Source of the DNA: Sminthopsis crassicaudata
Taxonomy: Eukaryota
Reading direction: 5' to 3'
NCBI RefSeq assembly: GCF_048593235.1
Contig: NC_133619.1
Location: forward strand, 649,490,558 to 649,554,557
DNA: 64,000 nucleotides
This document shows, piece by piece, positions 8,101-19,096 of this stretch (within the stretch, counting starts at the first letter, position 1; each line of letters opens with the position of its first letter). Both the position numbers and the translations under genes were made by a program. The notes under the pieces are model-generated. The model was not told the origin of the DNA. It did no database searches and worked only from the letters and a program-made list of their open reading frames with translations.

Positions 8101-11100
8101 GGGGCCGGTGGAGGAGGAGACTTGAGGGTGGGCAGAGTGTGAGTGTGTGGTCTGGATGTACGTGCACGGGACTGCCCATGGCCGGGAGGGAAGCAGCCGT
8201 TAAGGGGCTTGCTCTCAGGGGGGTCTCTGGCTCCCTCCAGATGTGCTCCTGGGGGCTCTGGGCTCCCTCCAGATGTGCTTTGGAGGGGGTTATGGGCTCC
8301 CTCCAGATGTGCTCCTGGGGGGCTCTCTGGGCTCCCCCCAGATGTGCTCCTGGGGATGGGGGGTTCTGAGGGCGTCCCTTGGTTTGTCCTTGTAGGTATC
8401 TAGGACCCAACTGGGCTGGGGCTGGGACGTGGCTACCCTGGGACCATGCGGGGTCTCCCCCCCTCCTTTGAGCAGCGTGACCCTCCTCCCTAGCCCGGGG
8501 CCCCTCACCTGGATCTCCGTGGCCCCAGGGGGTCTGAGGGGCGGGGCGGCGGCTGGGAGCAGAGGTAGATCCGGGTAGAGCCGTGGGGGGGCTTCCCTGG
8601 CTCATGCCCCTTCCAGAGCTGGTGTCCCAGGCCCAGGGGAGATCGCCTTCATTCTCCACGTCCCCTGGGGCACAGGCGAGGAAGAGCCTGAGTCTCTGGG
8701 CTCCCTGCCGGCCGAAGGGCCCCCTCACCGGGCCCCCGACGCCTCCTACCTGTGCAGGTGAGCCCTACGTCTTCCTGGTGGTCACAGTTGTGGGTCCCCC
8801 AGGGGGAGGCCGGACAGTCCCCCAGGGAGGCCTCGATGCCCACACAGGCCACGTCGTCCAACCAGATGGGGCCAGTCCCGGACCCGTAGTAGGTCTTGCC
8901 CACCCGGGGCCGGATCCCGCCGCAGCCCAGCTCCCGGCAGGCCACGGCAGCGTCTCGGGGATCCCAGCCGTCGTCACACACTGTTCCCCAGAGGTCGCCG
9001 CGCCACACCTCCAGCCGCCCGGCGCACCGATCGGGCCCGTCCGAGAGACGCAGCCGAAAGAGACCTGCACGTGTCGACGGGATTGGGGTCAGCCCCCACG
9101 GGCCTCTCTCCCCGGCCCTCTTCCCCCCCAGCTCCAGTCCTACCCCACTCTCCTGAGCCTGGCCAGGCCTGGAGGGGAGACGGATCCTTGGCTGTGCTTG
9201 TGGACAAGGTCGGCGGGGCTCCGGTGCTGGCGTCGGCCTCCGGCCCGGGAGAGCTGGGGCCCGCCAAGCTGTCGGGGGAGCTCTCCTCTCGATCCGCTGC
9301 AGTTGTTTCCTTTGGGATTCGAGTGCTTGGGGTAACCGGGGGAAGTTGTCTTTGTGACGATGTCCTGGGTATGTTGGGCCGTGGGCTCTGAGTGGTCAGC
9401 AGTGGGGAGACTGGCGGGGTCCGGCCTCGGGGAGCCCTAGTGGTGGGTTTGGGGGAGGCCTGGGACGTCCGGCCTCGGGGCGTCTGCGTGGCAGGTTTGG
9501 GGGAGGCCCGGGAGGTCTGGCCTCGGGGAGCCCGAGTGGTCATTTTAGGGGAGGCCGGGGATGTCCGGCCTCGGGGAGTCTGTGTGGTCAGTTGAGGAGG
9601 GGCCTGGCCTTGTGGGACCCGAGTTGCCTGCCTCCTCGGAGTCTTAGTGGTTGATTGTCCAGGGGGTCGCACGGTAGGTTTCCGGGGTTTCTTTGTAGCC
9701 CACTTTTTGGAGCTCTGTGGAGTCCTCCCCAGTGGCTTGGCCGCAGTCGTCCCAGGGCTGCTAGTGGTCGGCTGGGCAGTTGTGTCCCTGGGCTTCTCAG
9801 TGGTCCACTTCCTGAGGGGCCAGCCCTGTCCGTCCCCACGTGGCTCTGGGGCCCAGCTCCAGCTGAAGGGGTCTGAGACTGTGTCAGAGCCCAGACTCCC
9901 TAGGGAGGTAACAGAGAGGACAGTGGGGAAGAGGGGGGCCAGCGTTCCATGCCTGGATCCTGCCTTTCTGCGCGGGGAGTCCCTTCCAGGAAGCCCCCTT
10001 GGGTCCCCTCCCGCCAGCTTTCTCTTAGCCTGGGCCCTTGTGGGGCGGCTCTCAGCCTCCTCCCAGGCTCCTCAGGAAGTCCTCCCAGGGGCGGGCAAAG
10101 AGATCCCCTTTCTGAGAAGTCCTGCCTGATTCAGTGAGCCCCCCCAGAAGCTCCCCCAGGGTGATGGCGAGAGGGCTGGGGATGGGAGCCCTGAGGGCAG
10201 GGCCAGTGGCACACAGGGACATCTTACCTGTGCAAGTGGCCCCCACATCTTCGTTATGAGCACAGTTGTGTTTCCCCCAGGGGGCCGCAGGGCAGTCGGC
10301 CAGCCGGACCTCAGTCCCGGCGCAAGCCACGTCGTCCAGCCAGATGGGGCCTTCCCCCCAGCCAAAGCGGCCGGCGGCAGGGCCCGGCTCCCGGGGGACG
10401 CCGCAGCCCAGCTCTCGGCAGACCACCGCGGCGTCTCGGACGTCCCACCCGTCATCGCACACGGTCCCCCAGCGGCCGCCGTACCACACCTCCAGCCTCC
10501 CAGCACACCGGCTGGGGCCGGACACGAGGCGGAGGCGGGGGGCACCTGTGGGAGAGAGCAGAGGCCGGGGGCAGCCTGAGGGGCAGGGAGACTGTGAGAC
10601 TTTGGACAGAGTTCTCCTCTGCTGGGCAGTGTGGCCCGGGGGCGGCTCCAACACCAGCTGAGAGCAGGATTCTGGGGCTCAGGTGTCAAGGTCCCCCCTC
10701 CCGTGGAAAAGCAGAGGCCCCGGGGCCAGACTGGCTTCTCACTCACCCTCCTGAGGGCCTGGTTCCAGCGGGGTTGTGGGAGAGGCAGGAGAGAGCCTCT
10801 CAGTGGGGGCTGGAGTCCCGGGGGCCTCAAGGCTGCTGCCTGGAGTGGGCAAGCCCAGAGGCAGACCTGGATGGGTACAAGAAGAGGCACTCCTGAAGCC
10901 TCCCAGCCTGCCTTTCCTCTTCCCTCGCCCGTGGAGTGGACGGGGGCAAAGAGCGGTCTATAGGGATGGGGCAGGAGGAGAGGGAGGGGAACGAGCGGGA
11001 GCAGAGAGAGTTAGGAAGAAATGGGGCCCGAGGGACAGGAGGGGGAAGAGACCCGGCCCATCTCTCTGTATCACACTCTTATGGCGATGATGCTATAGGT

Positions 11101-14100
11101 CCTAGAAGCGAAGCCGTGAAATGTGAGCTGTGGGAAATCCCCCCCAAAGCCAGGAAGAGAGAAAGCCCCCTGCCCGGCCCGGCCCAGACACCAGCAGGCC
11201 GGGAGAATGACGCCCAGTTTGCCTGTGCTCTGGCCAGCGGTCCACGAACTCTTCCAACTATTCCTGCGGGCGTGGGGCTCGTATTCGCGCACACTCTCCA
11301 CGAACCCCCTTTATTTGTCCCGTTAGCTGAATTCCGAACTGACTGAGTGGCCAAACTCAAAGGAACCACCCTCTGTGGGCGGGAGGTGGCCAGTGGAGTG
11401 GCCCCGGCACTGGGCTAGCTTTTTATCACGGGGACAACGACAAAGACGCCAAATCATCTCATTTGAAGATGACAGCAATTTCAGAGCTCTGGCTGGCTGT
11501 CTCTCCCTCCATTTCTGTCTGTCTGCCTTTGTATCCCTGTTCCTCTGTCTCTTTCTCTCTCCCTCCTTCTGTCTGTCTCTCTCTGTCCTTGTCTCTCCCT
11601 CCCTCTATCTCTGTCTCTTTCTCCCTCCTTCTGTCTCTGTCTCTCTCTGTTCTTGTCTCTCCCTCCCTCTATCTCTGTCTCTTTCTCCCTCCTTCTGTCT
11701 CTGTCTCTCTCTGTCCTTGTCTCTCCCTCCCTCTCCTTGTCTCTGTCTCTCTGTCTTTGGTCTCTCCCTCCCTCTCTGTCTGTCTCTCTGTGTCCTTATC
11801 TCTCCCTTCCTCTTTGTCTCTGTCTCTTTCTCTCTCCTTTTGTCTCTGTCTCTCTCTGTCCCTGTCTCTCCCTCCCTCTATCTCTTTCTCTCTCCCTCTT
11901 TCTGTCTCTGTCTCTCTCTGTCCGTTTCTCCCTCCATCTCTTTCTCTCTCCCTCCTGTCTCTGTCTCTGTCTGTCCCTGTCTCTCCCTCCTTCTATCTCT
12001 TCCTCTCTCCCTCCTTCTCTGTCTCTGTTTGTCTCTGTCCCTATCTCTCTTTGTCCCTTTCTCCTCCCTCCCCACCCAAATCAGAAGCACTGACTGCTTG
12101 GAACATGGAGTTGAAATGTAAGAGGTGAAGTTTAAGGCTTATTGCAATTTTACACTGGAGTTCAAAAGTTTCCAGACCAGAAAAGCCCTGCTAAGCTACA
12201 GTCGCCTGGAAAAGGCCTAGGGTCTGCAGAGGACCACAGTTTCATAACAGGAATGGAATAATGCCCCATTTAACTTTAATTTCCTTCAAGTCAATATGAT
12301 GTAAATGGAAAAAGGAGCTGTGTAAATGATGACACAAAAGAGCGGTTTGATGCAGCCTTCCTCCCTTCCCCCCCACTAGGATAGCAGCTGCTGGCGGAGG
12401 AGGGGGCTCCCTGCCCCCAGTCTCTCCCCCTTCAATCCATCCTCCCTTCAGTCCCTCACGTGATCTTCCCAAAACTGCAGTTCTGACCATGTCACTCCCT
12501 CCTCAATAACCTCTAGTGGCTCCCTATTGCATCCAAGATCAAATATGGATCCTTTGGCTTTCAAAGCCCTCTCCCCACTCCTGCAGGTTCCCTACACTTC
12601 TTCCCAGGGACCCCAGTCTCCTGGCTGAGGCTCCTTTTCCCTGGCCATCCCCCATGCCTCATCTCAGCCTCCTGCTCTCCCCATCCCCACTTAGATCTCT
12701 TTTCTAAGATCCCAGTTGCCCTGGGATGAATTCCAACCCCCTCTGAATTACTATTTTTCCTTTCTCCCTTTTGTTCATCCACAGTTGGTACGGAGTAAAC
12801 TGGGAAACCCTTGTGGGCAGGCCCTGCTCGCCTTCCCCTCTCCCTCCAGCACCTGGCACCTTGGCTGGCATGCTGGCTGACTGCAAACGGTCAGAGGGCA
12901 ATTCCTGGTAAGGGAGGCTAGATCTGTGCTTTGGGGGCTTCCCCAGCAAAACCAGGGGCATAGAGGCCCATGAGGCTGGAGGTGGGAAGCCTCCCATTTG
13001 TTGGGAGCTGTCCAGCAGGAGGATGTGGAGAGCCCTTCCTCAGCTGTGGAGTGGGCTCTCGGCCCCCCTGAAGTGCCTTTCATCTCCGAGGCCTTCACAC
13101 TATGGAAAGGGGAGGAGGACCCACTGACGGGGCCTTACAGGAGGGATGGCGCGGGGGGCAGAGGAGGTCTCACCGTCGCACACGGCCCCTGCATCCTCTC
13201 GATGGTGACAGTCATGCTGGCCCCAAGGACGGGCTGGGCACAAGCCCAGTGACGTCTCGTTCCCTTTGCACCGCAGGTCATCCAGCAGGATGGGCCCAGC
13301 CCCCTCCCCAAAGAAGGCCCCTCCAGGGGCTGCCAGGGCTCCCCCGCAGCCCAGCTCCCGGCAGGCCACGGTAGCGTCCCGCAGGTCCCAGCCGTCGTCA
13401 CACACCGTGCCCCAGTGGCCTCCGTGCCACACCTCCAGCCGCCCGGCACAGCCGTTGGGACCCCCGGCCAGGCGCAGGCGGGGGGCTGGGCCTAAGGCAT
13501 GGGGAGAAGGAAGAGCAAGAGTCAGCTAGCACTACTCTCCTCGGGCCCCACTGTCCTAAACCCCCAGCTTACCTTCTTGTCTACTCTCCATGCCCCCAGC
13601 CCACCACTCTGGCTCTGCGCCACCCCCGCATGTCCCCTCTGTCCCAGTCAGCTGGTGAAGAGATCTGAGAACTGGGGATCCCCCATGTCCCAGCCCCTCC
13701 AGCAGTCCATTCTCCCAGCCCATCACTCTGGCTCTGCGCCACTCCCTCCATGTCCCTCTGCGGCCCTGCCTGCCTCCTGCCTCCTGCCTCCTGCCTCCTG
13801 CCTGTCCCAGTCAGCTGGTGAAGAGCTCTCTGGGAGCTGAGAACTGGGGAACTCTTCCTTCCCAGTTTCTCCCTTATGTTCCTGCTCATGAGGATGATGG
13901 GAGGGATGAGAGGGAGGATGGGGCAGATAGCCTTGGGAAGCAGCTGAGGCTGTGCTGGGGAGAGGCGTGCCTATGGAGCCTCTGGCACCCAGAGGAAGCT
14001 CTAGAAGTGGCAGAGGGAGAAGTCACCCCTGGAGCCCTTGCCTCATAACTTGAGGAAAGGCCTTGCTCCTGTTACAGGATAAGCTCTTCCATATACATGG

Positions 14101-17100
14101 GATCATGAAAAACAGGGCCCCTCACCATTGTCTAATGTAGCCAGTTCATATTACAGAGGGGGAAACAGCCTAGATCAGGAAGGGACTCACCTAAGACCCC
14201 CCCCCCAATCAGGCAGTGGCAGGGCCAGGGAGTCTGTGGCTCACCTTCACAGACCAGTCCAGCATCTTCCGTGTGGTCACAGTTGCTGCGTCCCCAAGGA
14301 CTCCGGGGACAGTCCTGGAGGGCCTGCTCCCCACCCCCACAGCCCACATCGTCCATCCAGACAGGACCCGTCCCTTCCCCAAAGCGGGCCCCTCCAGGAG
14401 CGGCCAGGGCGCCCCCACAGCCCAGCTCCCGGCAGGCCACGGCGGCGTCCCGTAGGTCCCAGCCGTCGTCACACACCGTGCCCCAGCGGCCTCCGTGCAG
14501 CACCTCCAGCCGCCCGGCACAGCTGTGAGGCCCCCCTGCCAGGCGCAGCCGCTCTGCCAAGGAGGGACCCAGTGAGCCAGACCTTCATTTAAGCCTTCCT
14601 GGGGCCTAGGGCTCGGATCCCTGAGGAGGGTGGCAACTGGGGGCTGGCAGGCATGGGGTTGGATGCTGGGGTCTCAGTGGGCCCCATGTTCTGGGGAGCT
14701 CTATTCCTGGATACCCAGGAACCAGGGCTTCATCTGACTCTGCAGGGGACACCTGGGTCCCTGAGGACAGCAGGGTGGAGGAGACAGACTCCCAGATCTC
14801 TGAGACAGGTGGGGGCAAGGAGCAGGGGCCCTGATACCTGAGTCTTTGGGTGGGAGGGAGCTGACAATGAAACCCTAAAAGGTCATATAGGTAGCCATTT
14901 AAGTGCTGTGCAATTGTTAGAGAGCCAGTTTACTTCAGATGGCTGGGTCTTAGCAGGAGGCAAAACTGGGTGTTGGACATGTGGGTCTGAGAGGGAGGGG
15001 CAAGGGGCTGGGGAGTTAGAGGGAGGGTCCGGGAGGGAGGGGCAAGGGGCTGGGGAGTTGGAGGGAGGACACAGGGGGGAGGGGCAGGGGAAATTGTACA
15101 TAGAGGTGTTCCGGTGTTCAGGGCGGGAAGAATGAAAGGGAAGTTAGAAGCCGGGGCGGGCCCTCCTTTGCCTGAGCGCTCCTAACGGGCCAGGCCTGGT
15201 CTTGGCCGGGACTGGAAAGGGGAGGGGAGGGGGCGGGGCCGGCCGGTCACTCACCCTGTTGGGGAGCGCTGGGAGTGGGCACAGGGGCCCGGGTGGACTT
15301 GGGCAGCTTGGGGGGCCGAAGGGCCTTCTGGGCACTGCTGGTCGGAGTCCCGGCGAGGGGAGGGGCTGCCGAGGGGAGGGGAGGGGTCAGTGTGAGGCTC
15401 TCCGGCCCCCTCGGGGGGAGATCTGGGGGTCTCACCTGGGGAGGTCGGGGAGGGCTCCGCCCACAGCTCCCGCTCCGGGGGCTCCGCCGAATCCGGCCTC
15501 GAGTTGGCGGCCCGCTGACCTGCAGGGAGGGGGGGTTGGTGGGGAGGGCCCTGGCTCCAGAGGGAGGGGGGACCCACCCGGTGCTGGCCCTCGGGGGCGG
15601 GGTGGGGGCTGGGGCCTCACCCACGCAGACGAGGCCGGCGTCCTCTTCGTGGGAGCAGATGTGGGCCTTCCAGCCCCGGTGGCGACAGAGGCCCAGGCGG
15701 CTCTCGGAGCCCTGACAGGCCAGCTCGCTCAGCCACACCGGCCCCGTCCCCTCCCCGAAGAAAGCCCCCGCGGGGGCGGCCAGGGCGCCCCCGCAGCCCA
15801 GCTCCCGGCAGGCCACGGCGGCGTCCCGCAGGTCCCAGCCGTCGTCACACACCGTGCCCCAGCGCCCCCCGTGCCGCACCTCCAGCCGCCCGGCGCAGCC
15901 GTGCGGGCCCCCCGCCAGGCGCAGCCGCTCTGCAACGAGGGACCTCGGCTAGCCCAGGGGGCTTCTCGGGCTTTGGGGGGGCTCAGGGCGCTCGGCCCTG
16001 GGGGGCCTGCGCCTTAGAGATCAGACGGCTGAGCCCGAGAAAAGTCGGGCTCTAAGGAGGGCGGGTCTGGGGGGCTCAAGGGCTGAGTCACGGAGGGCCT
16101 GGGTGCATTGGGGGGGGGGGGCAGGGCCCGGAGCGGGATCTGGGGCAGCGCACATTTGCTGATGTGGGGGGCGGGAAGGAGTGGGCAGATACCTGTGTCC
16201 CTGTTGGGGAGGGGGCCTGGCGATGGGCAGCAAGAGGGAGCAGTGAGGCTCCCTGGGGGCCGGGGATAAAGCCTGCTGTACGCTCCCTGCGGCTGCCAGG
16301 GCGCCCCCACGCCGGAGCCTTTGAGGGCAGGGGGGCCCAGTGGGCGCTGGAGCTAAAGCCCCAAGCTCAGCGGGAGGCGCGGCGGGAGGCCAAGGGCGAG
16401 ATGCCAGGGAGGGGGAACGGGGCCGCAGGGAGCACTCACCCACAGCCTGAATCCCCATCAGAACAGCTAGAAGAGAAATGAGGGAAGCTGAAGCGGGGTC
16501 CCTGCCCCTGGTGCTGAGGGAGCTGAATGGATCCCTGCCTGCCCCTGGTGCTGAGGGAGCTGAAAGGGGGGGGGGGTTCCTGGTGCTGAGGGATCTGAAG
16601 AGATCCCTGCCTGCCCCTGGTGCTGAGGGAGCTGAATGGGGGGGGAGCGTTTCCTGGTCCTGAGGGATCTGAAGAGATCCCTGCCTGCTCCTACTGCTGA
16701 GGGAGCTGAAGAGATCCCTGCCTGCTCCTGGTGCTGAGGGAGCTGAATGGGGGGAGGGGGGTCCTACTGCTGAGGGAGCTGAAGAGATCCCTGCCTGCCC
16801 CTGGTGCTGAGGGAGCTGAAAGGGGGGGGGGTTCCTGGTGCTCAGGGATCTGAAGAGATCCCTGCCTGCTCCTGGTGCTGAGGGAGCTGAAAGGGGGGGG
16901 GGGGGTTCCTGGTGCTCAGGGATCTGAAGAGATCCCTGCCTGCTCCTGGTGCTGAGGGAGCTGAATGGGGGGGGAGCGTTTCCTGGTCCTGAGGGATCTG
17001 AAGAGATCCCTGCCTGCTCCTACTGCTGAGGGAGCTGAAGAGATCCCTGCCTGCTCCTGGTGCTGAGGGAGCTGAATGGGGGGGGGGGGCTCCTACTGCT

Positions 17101-18436
17101 GAGGGAGCTGAAGAGATCCCTGCCTGCCCCTGGTCCTGAGGGAGCTGAAAGGGGGGGAGAGCGTTTCCTGGTCCTGAGGGAGCTGAAGAGATCCCTGCCT
17201 GCTCCTGATGCTGAGGGAGCTGAATGGGGGGGGCGTTTCCTGCCCTTGGTCCTGAGGGAGCTGGATCGGGCAGCGAGAGCTAGAGCCTGGACTCCAGGTT
17301 TCTGGAAGGGGGGGGGGGGCTGCTGCTTATCTGGATCTCCAAAGCCAGGGGAAGGACCCGAGGTGGCTGGTGCCCAGAGGCCATGGAGCCCCGACCCTGC
17401 AGGGAGGGCAAGAGCCGGCCCGCTCCCCGGCTTCAGGACCAGGCGGTTGGACCCTGGAAGGGAACAGAGCTCAGGGGGTGCTGGGCTGCGGAGGAGGAGC
17501 AGGGCGCGGGGAACCCCATTTCTGGGTCCCCGAAGAGGGAGGGGGACTAGTTGTCTGGACTTCTCTTGGTGGAGACTGGCAGGCTGCTGAGTCCCTAAAA
17601 CGGGAGAAAGGGAGCGTAGGGCCGGGCAGCCAGAGGGGCAAAGGGAATGCTGGGGCCGGGACTCCTGGGTCCTCTATGGGAAGGAAGAGGATGAGGAAGG
17701 GGGGCAGGGCTGGGGCCGGGACTCCTGGGTCCTCTATGGGAAGGAAGAGGATGAGGAAGGGGGGCAGGGCTGGGACTCCTGGGTCCTTCATGGGAAGGAA
17801 GAGGATGAGGAAGGGGGGCAGGGCTGGGGCTGGGACTGCTGGGTCCTTCATGGGAAGGAAGAGGATGAGGAAGGGGGGCAGGGCTGGGGCTGGGACTGCT
17901 GGGTCCTTCATGGGAAGGAAGAGGATGAGGAAGGGGGGCAGGGCTGGGGCCGGGACTCCTGGGTCCTTCATGGGAAGGAAGAGGATGAGGAAGGGGGGCA
18001 GGGCTGGGGCCGGGACTCCTGGGTCCTCTATGGAAGGAAGAGGATGAGGAAGGGGGGCAGGGCTGGGGCCGGGACTCCTGGGTCCTTCATGGGAAGGAAG
18101 AGGATGAGGAAGGGGGGCAGGGCTGGGGCCGGGACTCCTGGGTCCTCTATGGGAAGGAAGAGGATGAGGAAGGGGGGCAGGGCTGGGACTCCTGGGTCCT
18201 TCATGGGAAGGAAGAGGATGAGGAAGGGGGGCAGGGCTGGGACTCCTGGGTCCTTCATGGGAAGGAAGAGCAGCAGGAAGAGCTGGAGGCCAGGGCTGGG
18301 GCCGGGACCCCCGGTCCTTGTGCTAGGGAGAGCAGGCTCAGAGCTCGAGGAGGAGCGGGGCTCGGCGGGGCCAGGGCTGGGGCGGGACCCCCGGGCTCCG
18401 GAGTCACTCACCGACGAGGCAGGTCAGGACCCTCAT
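5127..18436 (-). CDS. SSC5D: Soluble scavenger receptor cysteine-rich domain-containing protein with 5 domains; 13 coding exons, 1590 aa
   Basis: Exons (minus strand, all GT-AG, all phase 1): 18412-18436 (MRVLTCLV), 16440-16466, 15621-15929 (SRCR1), 15436-15519, 15255-15365, 14245-14553 (SRCR2), 13174-13491 (SRCR3), 10747-10866, 10228-10545 (SRCR4), 9144-9899, 8750-9064 (SRCR5), 8509-8664, 5127-7051 (mucin-like region plus C-terminus ...[11 protein letters not shown]). The total is 4773 nt, a multiple of 3. Each of the five domains has the GRLEV..W...[10 protein letters not shown]...VACRELGC motif. Confidence 0.93.
6130..6535 (-). repeat. coding 48-bp tandem repeat in SSC5D last exon ([16 protein letters not shown], about 8 copies)
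   Basis: Visible in the DNA as repeated agaggtcaggtctaggggaga...ggggtcagctgtgggctagggtc and in ORF 5127..7100. Confidence 0.92.
7100..8050. promoter_or_regulatory. intronic CpG-island-like region in the last SSC5D intron
   Basis: Very high GC content with dense CpG, a poly-G run at ~7227-7250, and caaatggcg (YY1-like) at 7267-7275. Confidence 0.55.
8228..8352. repeat. short tandem repeat, 4 copies of gctccc(t/c)ccagatgtgct
   Basis: Four copies with variable G-rich spacers, each containing CAGATG. Confidence 0.85.
11490..12070. repeat. degenerate (CT)n polypyrimidine tract in SSC5D intron 7
   Basis: About 580 bp of ctgtctct/ctccctcc repeats. Confidence 0.95.
12455..12600 (+). mobile_element. 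L2 LINE 3' fragment
   Basis: ttcccaaaactgcagttctgaccatgtcactccctcctcaataacctctagtggctccctattgc...ttcaaagccct resembles the recalled L2 3'-end consensus. Confidence 0.6.
16480..17262. repeat. composite minisatellite of two related ~37-bp monomers in SSC5D intron 1
   Basis: Monomer A ctgaagagatccctgcctgctcctggtgctgagggag alternates with monomer B ctgaa(t/a)g(n)...ttcctggt(g/c)ctgagggat, about 21 monomers in total. Confidence 0.9.
17640..18270. repeat. 60-bp G-rich minisatellite (54-bp variants), about 10-11 copies, SSC5D intron 1
   Basis: Unit ggggcagggctggggccgggactcctgggtcc(tct/ttc)atgggaaggaagaggatgaggaagg. The period matches the 60-nt display lines. Confidence 0.95.
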
Positions 18437-18439
18437 GTC

Positions 18440-19000
18440 TGCGAGCGAGCCCCTAGGAGCGGGCTGGGGGGCGGGGGTGGGGCGGGGGAGAGCCCAGGGC
18501 CTGTGGGAGGAGGCTGGAGGCCGGGGAAGAGCAGGCAGCGCCCTGGGCCAGGGAGGGGCGGGGGCTGGGGACACGCCGGCTCCAGGAAGGCAGGAAAACA
18601 GTGCCGGCAGCGGGGGACCGGGCGGGGACGAGGGGGGTTGGGGGGAGACCCGCTGCAGGGATGCGGCCCAGGCCCGCCCCCGCCCCCTCCGCCCCGTGCT
18701 GTCCCGGTGGGGGCGGCTTGCTCATGCCCCCAGTCTGTCAGGGCCCCCACGGGCGGGCCCGCGCTCGGCCAAGGAGCCGCTGCCGGTCTCTGGCGCGGAG
18801 GCAGGGGGATGGCCAGGCTGAGCCAAGGGGGGGGGAGGGAAGGGGGGCGGAGGGGGCGGGGCAGCCACTCGCCCCCCAGCCCAGCAGGCAGATGTGGGGC
18901 GGAAAAAATGTGCTAATGGGGAGCGTGAGTCATCAAGGTTGGCAGGGAGGCCGCGGCCTGAGCTCATCCCGGCCGGCCGAGGCTCGGACCTCCCCCTCCC
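18440..19000 (-). promoter_or_regulatory. SSC5D promoter / CpG-rich region with GC boxes and an AP-1 site
   Basis: Lies immediately upstream of ATG 18436. It contains several GGGCGG boxes and TGAGTCA at 18926-18932. Confidence 0.6.
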
Positions 19001-19090
19001 TGCCTCCACCTCCCCTGCGCCAGGCGGCCTCGGAAAGGGGCTGCGAGATCTGGAAAAGGCATCAGGGGCAGGAGGCGCGGAGCCTCGGAG

Positions 19091-19096
19091 TTTATT
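19091..19096 (-). terminator. polyadenylation signal of NAT14
   Basis: TTTATT on the plus strand (AATAAA on minus), about 450 nt after the NAT14 stop. Confidence 0.7.

Noticed and set aside
10747-10892. Alternative acceptor at 10893-10894 for SSC5D exon 8
   Set aside because: It gives a 146-nt, frame-breaking exon. The acceptor at 10867-10868 gives 120 nt in frame and matches the human GMPLG... start.
11375-12128. Long Ser/Leu-rich ORFs here and at 54334-55796 and 61664-62776
   Set aside because: They are translations of (CT)n/(GA)n low-complexity DNA and of N runs.
17370-18916. ORFs with [13 protein letters not shown] repeats resembling a protamine or nuclear-localisation protein
   Set aside because: They are the frame-preserving translation of the 60/54-bp intronic minisatellite, with no independent evidence of an exon.
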